NCBI GenBank assembly: GCA_964436275.1
Contig: CAYTBZ010000001.1
Location: 33,980-97,979, forward strand
Source: an uncultured Gammaproteobacteria bacterium
GTDB taxonomy: Bacteria; Patescibacteriota; Patescibacteriia; UBA2591; CAYTBZ01
Length of the DNA stretch: 64,000 nt
Reading direction: 5' to 3'
The position numbers and the translations under genes are program-made. Numbering within the stretch: position 1 is the first letter of the stretch; the number at the start of each line of letters is the position of its first letter. Below are positions 55,750 to 64,000 of this stretch, piece by piece. The notes below the pieces were generated by a model. That model searched no databases and was not told the origin of the DNA. It saw only the letters and a list, made by a program, of their open reading frames with translations.

Positions 55750-57471
55750 TTATTGATTAATTTTTAAGTCAATTATTTTCAATTGCAATTCTTGAGAGCC
55801 ATTCCATTGATTAACTGAAAGTTCAAAAACTACATCAATTCTATCGCCTATTTTTAATTTTTCTGCCCAATTCTCACTCAAATTAAAACCTATCATTTTT
55901 TTAGTTATAAATTCATCATCACGAACAAAAATTCTTAAATGATGACCATTACTACCAACCCTCTCTAAACCAATTACTTCTACATTTTCAACCAGAAATC
56001 TCGGGCGATTATTATCTTGACCAAAAGGTTCAAATTTCTCTAAATCCTCGTAAAATTGCCAAGTAATTTCTCTCAAAGAGACCTGACTTTCAATAAACAA
56101 TTCGCCTTCAAAATCTACTCCTTTTAATTTCTCTTCAATTAATTCCTCTAAATCTTTTTGAAAACTCTCAAGTAATTTTTTATCTTTTAAGGTAAAACCA
56201 CAGGCACGGGAATGTCCTCCATAATTAAGAAAATAATCATCTAATTCTTTGAGAACCTCCATAATATCTAACTCCTTAATGCTTCTTCCTGAAGCAACCA
56301 TCGTTCTTTCCTTTTCTGTTAAAACAATGCTCGGACGATACCATTTATCTGTTAAACGGCCAGCAATTAAGCCAATAATGCCAACTGGCCAATCTTTCCC
56401 CCAAATTAAAATTGACTTTTTTTGAAAATCTTCTTTTTCTAATTTTTGATTAATCTCATTGACTATTTTTTCAATCAATTTTTGCCTTTGCTGGTTTATC
56501 TGATTCAATTCCAAGGCAATTTTTTCTGCCTCTTCTAAGGACTCAGTGGTTAATAATTTGAAAGAAACATTAGCGTGATCCATTCGGCCAGCAGCGTTTA
56601 AACGAGGAGCAATTTGAAAAGCAATATTATCCGTACTTAGATTGTTTTTAGATAGACCGGCTTTTTCTATAAGAGCATTTAAACCTATTCGCGGTGTCTT
56701 ATTGAGAACAATCAAACCATATTTTACTAAAGTCCGATTTTCTCCTAAAAGAGGCATTAGGTCGGCTACTGTGCCAACAGCAACTAAATCTAAAAGCCAT
56801 TTTTCCCAACCGCTTTTAATTACTTCTTCTCCTAAAAATTCTTTTTGTTTTGCTATCAATGCCTGAATTAGTTTATAAGAAACACCTACCCCGGCTAAAA
56901 ATTTAAAAGGATAATGTTCTCGCGATAATTTGGGGTTTATTAAAGCATAAGCCCTTTTTGGCAATTGATTTGGCTCATTGTGGTGGTCAGTAATAATAAT
57001 CTCAATCCCTGATTTACTGGCTAAATCAACTTCAGATGAATTGCTAATTCCGCAATCAACAGTAATAATTAAATCTATTTTTTGTTGAACAAAATTTTTA
57101 ATCGCTTCTTTGTTTAATCCATAGCCCTCTCTTTCTCTATCAGGCAAATAAACATCTACCTTTACTCCTAATTTTCTAAAAAATTCAAATAAAATAACAG
57201 CGGCAGAAATACCGTCAGCATCATAATCACCATAGATAAGTATCCTTTCCTTTTTCTTGATGGCTAGAAAAATTCTCTTAACCGCCCTTTCCATATCTAC
57301 AAAAAGAAAGGGGTCGTAAAGGTCTTGAGAATAATCAGGAAGTAAGAATGCATCAATTTCTTCCTGAGTTCTTAATCCCCGATTATAAAGAAGTTGAAGA
57401 ATAATCGGGTTAATTTCTGGAAATTGACTTTTGAAATCAGGAGATATTTTTTTAGCAATTTTCCACTTCAT
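55750..57471 (-). CDS. recJ: Single-stranded-DNA-specific exonuclease RecJ
   Basis: DHH motifs (IYGDYDADGISAAVIL, ITDHH), DHHA1, C-terminal OB-like domain. 573 aa. Confidence 0.85.
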   Translation of the reverse strand: MKWKIAKKISPDFKSQFPEINPIILQLLYNRGLRTQEEIDAFLLPDYSQDLYDPFLFVDMERAVKRIFLAIKKKERILIYGDYDADGISAAVILFEFFRKLGVKVDVYLPDREREGYGLNKEAIKNFVQQKIDLIITVDCGISNSSEVDLASKSGIEIIITDHHNEPNQLPKRAYALINPKLSREHYPFKFLAGVGVSYKLIQALIAKQKEFLGEEVIKSGWEKWLLDLVAVGTVADLMPLLGENRTLVKYGLIVLNKTPRIGLNALIEKAGLSKNNLSTDNIAFQIAPRLNAAGRMDHANVSFKLLTTESLEEAEKIALELNQINQQRQKLIEKIVNEINQKLEKEDFQKKSILIWGKDWPVGIIGLIAGRLTDKWYRPSIVLTEKERTMVASGRSIKELDIMEVLKELDDYFLNYGGHSRACGFTLKDKKLLESFQKDLEELIEEKLKGVDFEGELFIESQVSLREITWQFYEDLEKFEPFGQDNNRPRFLVENVEVIGLERVGSNGHHLRIFVRDDEFITKKMIGFNLSENWAEKLKIGDRIDVVFELSVNQWNGSQELQLKIIDLKINQ

Positions 57472-58523
57472 TCTTTCCTCTCTAATAAAAACTTTTTAAC
57501 CTCACGAGCAATTTGTAATTCTTCATTTGGGGGAATAGAGAAAATTTTTACCCCTTTAAGAAGAGAAAAATCTTGACAAATTTTCTCTCTTGTTTCCGGT
57601 TTGCCCGCTCCAATCTCTCCAGTGAAAACTAAAGCATCGCAACCGTTAAGAACAGCATAATAAGCACCAATATATTTCTTTATTCGGTAGATAAAAATTT
57701 CTAAAGCAAGCTTTGCTCTTTGATTACCAAAAGTAACCTCTCTTAAAAGTTCTAAAAAATTATTGCAGCCAGAAATTCCCTTAATCCCTGACTGAAAGTT
57801 TAACAGGTCTTCTACTTCTTTTAGTCCTGAACCAAGGGGGAGAAGTTCAAAAATTTTCAGAATAACGCCAGGATCTAAATCGCCCGGCCGAGTCATCATC
57901 ATCAAACCCTCCAAGGGAGTAAAACCCATACTTGTATCTATGGGTTGACCATTCTTAATGGCTGTAATACTCGCCCCTCCTCCTAAATGACAAGTAATTA
58001 GTTTTAATCGTTTAATATCTTTTTTTAATTTTTTCGCCGCTTCCTCAGCAGCGTATTGATGAGAAATACCATGAAAACCAAATTTTTGAATTCCATACTT
58101 TTGATAATACTCATAGGGTAAAGGATAAACCAACACTCTTTGTGGAAGGTCCTTAAAAAAGGCAGTATCAAAAACAGCAATGTTAGGAACATTGGGAAGA
58201 AACTCTAAACAGGCCTTGATTGCTTCTAAACTGAAAGGATTATGAAGGGGGGCCAACTCATTATAATTCGCTAATTTTCTAATAATATCCTCATTGATTA
58301 AAGTTGTTTCTCGGAAGTCCTTTCCTCCGTGCACCACTCGATGACCAATGACTGTTATATTGACTATTTCTTCTATCTCTCGTAAGGCGTTTTTAATAGC
58401 CTGACGATGGTTATCAATAGAAGAAAATTTATTTTCTTGAATGAGTTTCAAACTTTCAAAATCAAAAACTTTATATTTTAAGGAAGTGCTACCTGAATTG
58501 ATAACTAAAATCCTTTTGCTCAT
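57468..58523 (-). CDS. ackA: Acetate kinase (short form)
   Basis: ILVINSGSTSLKYKV, HRVVHGG, HLGGGASITAI...DTSMGFTPLEGLMMMTRPGDLDP. Confidence 0.8.
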   Translation of the reverse strand: MSKRILVINSGSTSLKYKVFDFESLKLIQENKFSSIDNHRQAIKNALREIEEIVNITVIGHRVVHGGKDFRETTLINEDIIRKLANYNELAPLHNPFSLEAIKACLEFLPNVPNIAVFDTAFFKDLPQRVLVYPLPYEYYQKYGIQKFGFHGISHQYAAEEAAKKLKKDIKRLKLITCHLGGGASITAIKNGQPIDTSMGFTPLEGLMMMTRPGDLDPGVILKIFELLPLGSGLKEVEDLLNFQSGIKGISGCNNFLELLREVTFGNQRAKLALEIFIYRIKKYIGAYYAVLNGCDALVFTGEIGAGKPETREKICQDFSLLKGVKIFSIPPNEELQIAREVKKFLLERKE

Positions 58524-59671
58524 ATTAAAAGATAAATAATTTGATAAATAATTCCTAAGGAAAAAATAAAGTATAAAAGATAGAGAAAAAAGTGAGGAAG
58601 TTTTAATTCATACTCAGGCCGACGGTTACCCAATTGCTTCGCCCGCTGATAAGTCATTAGTAAAAGTATGCCCTGAAAACCGCTTAAAATCGCTCCTGAG
58701 ATTCCCAAAACCTGGACAAAACTACGTAAACCAAGAAGAAAAATTATCAAAGGAAGAGAACAGGTTAAAAAAGAGGCAATAAAAGGAGAAAGATGATAAT
58801 CTCGCTGATAAACCCCTTTTAAAACATAAGATAGCGCCAAAAAAGAAGTAGCCATTGTTAAAATACCTAAAATTCCGGCTAAATAGACAATTTTTCTTCC
58901 TAAAACCGGAGAAAGTCCACTTACAACTTGCTCGCTAGTAGCAGGACCATTTACGCCAACAACAGCAAAGGAAAAAACTAAATAAATAATTACTGGAATC
59001 ACCATTCCTAAAATTATTGCTTTCTTTAAAGAAGAAAGCTGTTTTCCTTTTTCTAATACCTCTTTCATTGCTGGTATAGCTGAAGCGCCACCTAAAGCAA
59101 AAAGCATTACTCCAAAGGGAAGAAATAAATAATGAAAGCTAATATAAGTTAAATTACTTAATCTAATTTCCGGCAAACTAATCCCAAAAATAAAGAAGAT
59201 TACAAAGACCAGTAATCCAACCATAAATAATTCTAAAGGAGCAATAATGTCCAATCCATAAAAAACAGCCGAACTTGCGACTAACCAAAAAATTAAAGAA
59301 TAAATAAGAGGAGTTCCACCTAAAAATGGGTGTAAAATAGCAAAAAGAAAATTGCCCACGCCTATGGTATAAGCCAATAAACCGCCGTAAATGCCTAAAA
59401 TTAAAGAAAGGGTAATAAAAAATTTTCCCTTATTACCTAAATATCTTCCCACATACCCACTCATTTGATAATTACCTTTGGTGCGGAGAACCACCTCGCC
59501 ATAGCCTAGGGTTACTATTAAAACGGCTGCTGCTAAGATAATAAGATAAACCATACCCGGAATAAAACCGATTTTTGCTACTACATAAGGCAGACCAAAA
59601 ACACCAGCGCCAACGACTGTTCCCACCAGAATAGATACGGATTTGTAAAAATTTCCTTCCTTATTTTTCAT
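58520..59671 (-). CDS. Amino-acid-transporter-like polytopic membrane protein
   Basis: 11-12 TM helices, N-terminal GTVVGAGVFGLP motif typical of amino-acid permease families. Confidence 0.5.
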   Translation of the reverse strand: MKNKEGNFYKSVSILVGTVVGAGVFGLPYVVAKIGFIPGMVYLIILAAAVLIVTLGYGEVVLRTKGNYQMSGYVGRYLGNKGKFFITLSLILGIYGGLLAYTIGVGNFLFAILHPFLGGTPLIYSLIFWLVASSAVFYGLDIIAPLELFMVGLLVFVIFFIFGISLPEIRLSNLTYISFHYLFLPFGVMLFALGGASAIPAMKEVLEKGKQLSSLKKAIILGMVIPVIIYLVFSFAVVGVNGPATSEQVVSGLSPVLGRKIVYLAGILGILTMATSFLALSYVLKGVYQRDYHLSPFIASFLTCSLPLIIFLLGLRSFVQVLGISGAILSGFQGILLLMTYQRAKQLGNRRPEYELKLPHFFLYLLYFIFSLGIIYQIIYLLI

Positions 59672-59882
59672 TAACTTTCTTTTCTTTTACTCCTTTCTTC
59701 TTAGAAAAATAAAAAATGTAAATAATTTCTAAAATTGCCAAGGTATTAAGAATGAGCAAGGCAATAAACCAATTCAGCTGTTTATTACGAGCGGCTCGCC
59801 ATAAGGCAATTCCTTTCCAAGGAAGAACCCAAATAACTATTAAGAGAAGAAGCCATTGGGGCAGAGAAAAAATCTGATTCAT
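59661..59882 (-). CDS. Small two-TM hypothetical protein
   Basis: 73 aa, overlaps permease start by 11 nt. Confidence 0.35.
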   Translation of the reverse strand: MNQIFSLPQWLLLLIVIWVLPWKGIALWRAARNKQLNWFIALLILNTLAILEIIYIFYFSKKKGVKEKKVNEK

Positions 59883-59903
59883 AAGTTTTTAATTAATTTT
59901 TTA

Positions 59904-60926
59904 TTATTCTCCTGATGGCTTATCTAATTCTAATGGTTTAATATTCTCTTCTTCCTTTCGGCCAGAAATTTTTAATATATCTTTATCAATTTTAGCAAAT
60001 TCTTTATAAGCAAGATTGTAGGTATTAACTACTGTAGAAAGATGAGAACCTAATTTTCTTAAATATTCATCATAAACTTTAATATGTTTACCTAACATCT
60101 CTACCCTTTTTCTGATTTCCCGGGCGCTTTCTTCAATTTTCAACGCGCGAAACCCTTGAAGCACGGTCTGAAGATAAGCAAAAAATGTTGTTGGTGAAAC
60201 AATAATAACCCTTTTCTCTCGAAAAGCATACTCTAAGAGATCGCGTGTATTTGCTTTAACTGCTCCAACCTTATTAACCAATAAATCATAATAGATTGCT
60301 TCACTAGGAATAAACATAAAAGCAAAATCTGTAGTTTTTTCTTGGGGGCGGATATATTTACTTGTCTCGTCAATTCTGTTTTTCAGGTCTTGCTTGAATT
60401 GTCTTTCTAACTCTTTACGCTTGCTTTCATCTCTTTCTTCTAGAAGTCGGTTATAGTTTTCTAAAGAAAATTTTGAATCAACAGGAATCAATCCTGCTTT
60501 AGTAATAATAACTGCATCTACTATTTCTCCATCCTTAAATTTATATTGCATTTGATAATATTCTGGCGGTAAAACATTTTTAAGAACGGTCTCTAAAAAA
60601 TACTCACCTAAAACTCCTCTTTGTTTAGGATTTTTAAGAACATCCTCTAAATTTTGAAGTTGCTTGGCAAAACTAATCACCTGTTTGTTAGTATCATCTA
60701 AACGGGCTAACTTTTCACTGACATTTTCTATTATCTTAAAACTTTCAGAAATTTGCTTTTGGATATTTCCTTGATGGATAGCCAAAAGTTGGCGGATTTC
60801 TTTCAACTGGTCTTGAAGCATAGATACTTCACTACTTGTCTTTTCTTTTCTTCTCTTCAATAGTAAAAAAATTATTATCAACCCAATGATAACTAAGAAT
60901 AAAATAATAATAAATTCTTTTCCCAT
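59904..60926 (-). CDS. rmuC: DNA recombination protein RmuC family
   Basis: N-terminal TM, long coiled coil, C-terminal domain with VDAVIITKAGLIPVDSKFSLENY. Confidence 0.7.
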   Translation of the reverse strand: MGKEFIIILFLVIIGLIIIFLLLKRRKEKTSSEVSMLQDQLKEIRQLLAIHQGNIQKQISESFKIIENVSEKLARLDDTNKQVISFAKQLQNLEDVLKNPKQRGVLGEYFLETVLKNVLPPEYYQMQYKFKDGEIVDAVIITKAGLIPVDSKFSLENYNRLLEERDESKRKELERQFKQDLKNRIDETSKYIRPQEKTTDFAFMFIPSEAIYYDLLVNKVGAVKANTRDLLEYAFREKRVIIVSPTTFFAYLQTVLQGFRALKIEESAREIRKRVEMLGKHIKVYDEYLRKLGSHLSTVVNTYNLAYKEFAKIDKDILKISGRKEEENIKPLELDKPSGE

Positions 60927-60952
60927 ATAATTTAATTAAATATTCAGATATT

Positions 60953-62245
60953 TTACTCTTTTATTTTATCTAAGACAACCTTTATCTTTTTTGTTTCGCC
61001 TCTTCTTGAAATAGTTAGTTCTAAAGTACTCCCTGGTTCATATTGCCAAATTAACTCAGAAAGATTATTGCCTTGACTCAAGTTGTCTTGATTAACCTTT
61101 AAAATCACATCACCGCTACGCAAGCCGCTTTTTTGAGCCGGGCTATTCTTTTTAGGACTTCCATAAACTAAAGCGCCTTCTTTTAAGTCCTTAAATCTTT
61201 TATCAGCAATACCAAAACATTTGGCTAAATCAAGATAATTTACTCCTAAACTTGGTCGTTGAAGATACGTTCTGTCAGGTAACTTATCTCCTTTTTTCAA
61301 GACCTGAGTAATTAAATTTCTTAAATAAAAAGTAGGCACAATCAAATTTTCTTTTGTCTTTAAGCCAACAAGAGCGCTGGATAAATTTACTAAGGGAGTT
61401 GCTTGAGGAAAATTATTCAAGTTATTATCACTAAGTTTCAAAAAATCAGAAAACTTCTCTATTGACTTAATTCTACTCCTCTCATCTTTGTAAGGAAAAT
61501 AATTCATCTGACTAATCTCGGTTCTTTTCATTTCTGTTGAAGAAAGAAGTAAAACTTCCTGTCCAATTTTTATTTCTTCTTTTTGGGCTAATTTTACCAC
61601 TGGTAAATCTTTTGCTTTGATTTTCAAGAAAATAATATCAGTCAATGGATCAAAGATAATTTTTTTAATAGGATAAACATTCCCTTCGCTGTCAATTGCT
61701 ACATATTCGGCTTTTTCATCTTCTAAATTGATAACCTCTTTAAGAGAAATAAGCCAACCGTCACTGGTTAAAATAAGTCCTTCGCCTAAAATTTCATCAG
61801 GCTGATAAATTTGCTTCAAAATATCTTTATTCTCTTCTTTTTTCTTTTGATAGATAGTAACAATCTGGGGCCGAACTTCTTTTACCACTTCACTAACTCT
61901 AACATCAGGAGTAACAGTGACATTTTTAATCGTCTCTACAGTCATTTCTCGCTTAGGCAAATACTGGTCTAAATTGATTTCCCCCTTGAAAGGAAGGACA
62001 ACTCTTCGGCTAACTAAAATTAAAAAACCGCCAATTAAACCAGAAATAATTCCTAATATAATAGCTAAAACTATGACAATTAAAATAATTTTTTTACTCA
62101 TTGAAGGCGGTTTTTGAAAAGTAACATTTTCCCTCTTTTGGTAAATTCGTTTTATAACCTCTCCGCTTTTTAAACCTCGCTGGATAAAATCTTTTGACAA
62201 ATTTTCTCCCTTTTTAATGTTTTGCTTTATTTTTTTCTGCTTCAT
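60953..62245 (-). CDS. HtrA-like trypsin-fold + PDZ protein, probably lacking catalytic His
   Basis: N-terminal TM, DegP-like segment GEGLILTSDGWLIS (no His), TDIIFLKI (Asp retained), C-terminal PDZ (GSPKKNSPAQKSGLRSGDVILKVN). Confidence 0.5.
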   Translation of the reverse strand: MKQKKIKQNIKKGENLSKDFIQRGLKSGEVIKRIYQKRENVTFQKPPSMSKKIILIVIVLAIILGIISGLIGGFLILVSRRVVLPFKGEINLDQYLPKREMTVETIKNVTVTPDVRVSEVVKEVRPQIVTIYQKKKEENKDILKQIYQPDEILGEGLILTSDGWLISLKEVINLEDEKAEYVAIDSEGNVYPIKKIIFDPLTDIIFLKIKAKDLPVVKLAQKEEIKIGQEVLLLSSTEMKRTEISQMNYFPYKDERSRIKSIEKFSDFLKLSDNNLNNFPQATPLVNLSSALVGLKTKENLIVPTFYLRNLITQVLKKGDKLPDRTYLQRPSLGVNYLDLAKCFGIADKRFKDLKEGALVYGSPKKNSPAQKSGLRSGDVILKVNQDNLSQGNNLSELIWQYEPGSTLELTISRRGETKKIKVVLDKIKE

Positions 62246-62271
62246 AGTTTAATAATTTAATTTTTTTATAT

Positions 62272-63039
62272 TTAACCCCAGTGCATGGTCAAAATTATAA
62301 CTAAAAGAATAAAGAAAATAATCAAAAAATGACTTCTTATAATTTTACTATTTAATTTACCCAAAAGAAAGAAATAACTAATATCTATGAGTAAATAGTA
62401 AAAAATAGTCAAGAATAAAGCATTAACATAAAAACTGGTCGGCAAAAAATAAATAGCAAGGAAAAGTTCGGCTAAAACTAAAGTAATAACTAAAATAAAT
62501 AAAACATTTTTTGGGGTCAAAAAACCATAAATCCAAAATATTTGATAAACGATAGCGCTGATAATAATGATAATAGCAAGTTCTATTAGCCAAAAAGTAA
62601 GATAAGGGAAAATAGCCAAACTATAAAAAGAAGAGAAAAAAAGAAAGACACTTAATAAATTAAAAAAGAAAATAATATTAACTAGAGAAGTAGGTAAAGA
62701 CGCTTCTCCTTTTATTAAATATAAAGATAGATTCTTCAAAAGGAAATAAAGAAGGCAAGAAGCAAAAAGAATATAAATCTGAACTAAAAAAAGATGTTGA
62801 GGCGTTAAGACAACAAAGAAAAAAAGCAAAGCAAGGATAAAGAAAAAAGGACAGATAGCCAAAGAAAGAAATTTTTTATCAATTTTTCTTTGAGAGAAAA
62901 ACCAAAGAAAGAAAAAGAGAGACAAAAATAAAAGAGGAACAAGCCAATAAATCAAAAACGGATAAAACTTAATCAGTTCTAAAATAATTAAAAAGATAAG
63001 GGTAACTAATAATGGAAGATATTTTTTAAGAAAAGACAT
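62272..63039 (-). CDS. Hypothetical polytopic membrane protein
   Basis: 255 aa, about 8 TM helices. Confidence 0.4.
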   Translation of the reverse strand: MSFLKKYLPLLVTLIFLIILELIKFYPFLIYWLVPLLFLSLFFFLWFFSQRKIDKKFLSLAICPFFFILALLFFFVVLTPQHLFLVQIYILFASCLLYFLLKNLSLYLIKGEASLPTSLVNIIFFFNLLSVFLFFSSFYSLAIFPYLTFWLIELAIIIIISAIVYQIFWIYGFLTPKNVLFILVITLVLAELFLAIYFLPTSFYVNALFLTIFYYLLIDISYFFLLGKLNSKIIRSHFLIIFFILLVIILTMHWG

Positions 63040-63043
63040 AAAA

Positions 63044-63397
63044 TTAAGATTCTTCTAAAAAATCTGGCTTTATTTCTTCCCATTCTCCCTTTTCCTCTTG
63101 CCAACGATATGCTTTAAATGTTTTTATCATCTCTTCCTGAGAATAAATATAAACTATATTCTTCTCTGCCCCTATTCTTCTTGAAGACAAAACTTTTTTG
63201 TCAATGATTGCCGGTTTGGTTGTCCTTTCCAGTTTAAATTTTCCCTGCGGAGTTTTAAATTCAACTATTTCCACCACCCCTTCAACTGGCTTTCCCTTTT
63301 CGTCCTCTCCGACAACTATCTTCTCTTCCCGCAAATCTAAAAAGCCAAACCTTTCTTCAATAAGACCTTTAATGTCTTCCCATCTTTTATCTGTCAT
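63044..63397 (-). CDS. Hypothetical acidic protein
   Basis: 117 aa, coupled (ATGA overlap) to queH. Confidence 0.4.
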   Translation of the reverse strand: MTDKRWEDIKGLIEERFGFLDLREEKIVVGEDEKGKPVEGVVEIVEFKTPQGKFKLERTTKPAIIDKKVLSSRRIGAEKNIVYIYSQEEMIKTFKAYRWQEEKGEWEEIKPDFLEES

Positions 63398-63936
63398 ATT
63401 TTTAAATTATTATTTTCACGACGGCTAAAAATACAGCCGCAATAATTTTGACGATAGAATCCCCACTTTTTACTTAAAATAACACTTTTCTTAAAACCCT
63501 CTTTTTTCTTAAAATCTGCTTCGTAGAATATTATACCATACTTTTGAGCAACTTGACGACCAATTTGATTAATAACAGAAGCATTCTTTTGAGGACCAAC
63601 AGTTAAACTCGTAGCCAAATAAGAACAATTTAATTTTTTAGCCAATTGTGCTGACTTTTCTAATCTTATTCTAAAACAAATAGAACAACGCTCGCCTCCT
63701 TCTGGTTCTTCTTCCAATCCTTTTATTTGTTTAAACCACTCTTCTACTTCATATTCTCCGATAATTAGAGGTAAATTCATTCCTTGAGCTAATTTTTTTA
63801 CATCCTTTAATCTTCTTTTATATTCCTCTTCTGGATGAATATTGGGATTATAAAAATAAAGAATTAATCTGAATTTTTCTTTAAGCAAATTGGCTACATA
63901 AACCCCACAAGAAGCGCAACAAAGGTGAAGAAGCAT
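63394..63936 (-). CDS. queH: Epoxyqueuosine reductase QueH (DUF208)
   Basis: MLLHLCCASCG N-terminal Cys cluster, YFYNPNIHPEEEY, later C..C and CGC motifs. 180 aa. Confidence 0.7.
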   Translation of the reverse strand: MLLHLCCASCGVYVANLLKEKFRLILYFYNPNIHPEEEYKRRLKDVKKLAQGMNLPLIIGEYEVEEWFKQIKGLEEEPEGGERCSICFRIRLEKSAQLAKKLNCSYLATSLTVGPQKNASVINQIGRQVAQKYGIIFYEADFKKKEGFKKSVILSKKWGFYRQNYCGCIFSRRENNNLKI

Positions 63937-64000
63937 CTTTGGCTTTTTAGATTCAGAAGATGTTTTTAGAAAAATAAGAATACCAGCAGAAATTCCTAAA

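Overview
The window is AT-rich (roughly two-thirds A+T by eye) and uses the standard genetic code, since long ORFs end in TAA/TAG/TGA. It is densely packed with bacterial housekeeping genes in a reduced-genome style, consistent with a Patescibacteria/CPR-like organism. This reading rests on: minimal aminoacyl-tRNA synthetases (AlaRS 595 aa, ProRS 431 aa); a short HrcA; many small membrane-protein genes; and frequent 4-bp ATGA start/stop overlaps. About 60 of 63 genes lie on the minus strand. Recognisable content, left to right: trkA/trkH K+ uptake; a TPR protein; FtsQ-like protein; alr; serS; an HD hydrolase; lysS; greA; the cell-shape cluster PBP2-mreD-mreC-mreB; proS; rseP; alaS; a split TrwB/VirD4-like ATPase module; a sigma70-region4/HARE-HTH protein; the heat-shock operon hrcA-grpE-hsp20-dnaK-dnaJ with a CIRCE operator; the dcw cluster mraZ-rsmH-ftsL-ftsI-murF; tsaB; rplJ-rplL with an L10-leader-like 5'UTR; mltG; pcm; a PAP2 phosphatase; mutM; a two-component system; a polysaccharide cluster (AMP-binding ligase, two GT4 glycosyltransferases, initiating sugar phosphotransferase); RNase P RNA (rnpB, type A); rnhA; recJ; ackA; a permease; rmuC; an HtrA-like PDZ protein; queH. 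The clearest accessory region is a ~2.2 kb island at 46960-49150. It is built around an IS200-like REP-associated tyrosine transposase (RAYT) and repeats with a GGTCGCACCC core, and includes a perfect 40-bp palindrome in-frame inside the transposase gene. It also holds a degenerate second copy, a duplicated REP+terminator module and paralogous promoter/leader cassettes. Two further points stand out. A run of perfect TTATCCACA 9-mers lies directly upstream of mraZ; these are DnaA-box-identical and, on the coding strand, fall at 10-bp phase as GTGGA/GTGGG direct repeats, so I read them as an MraZ operator. A membrane protein plus a T4CP-like P-loop ATPase with a Cys4 tail sits in a core-gene context.
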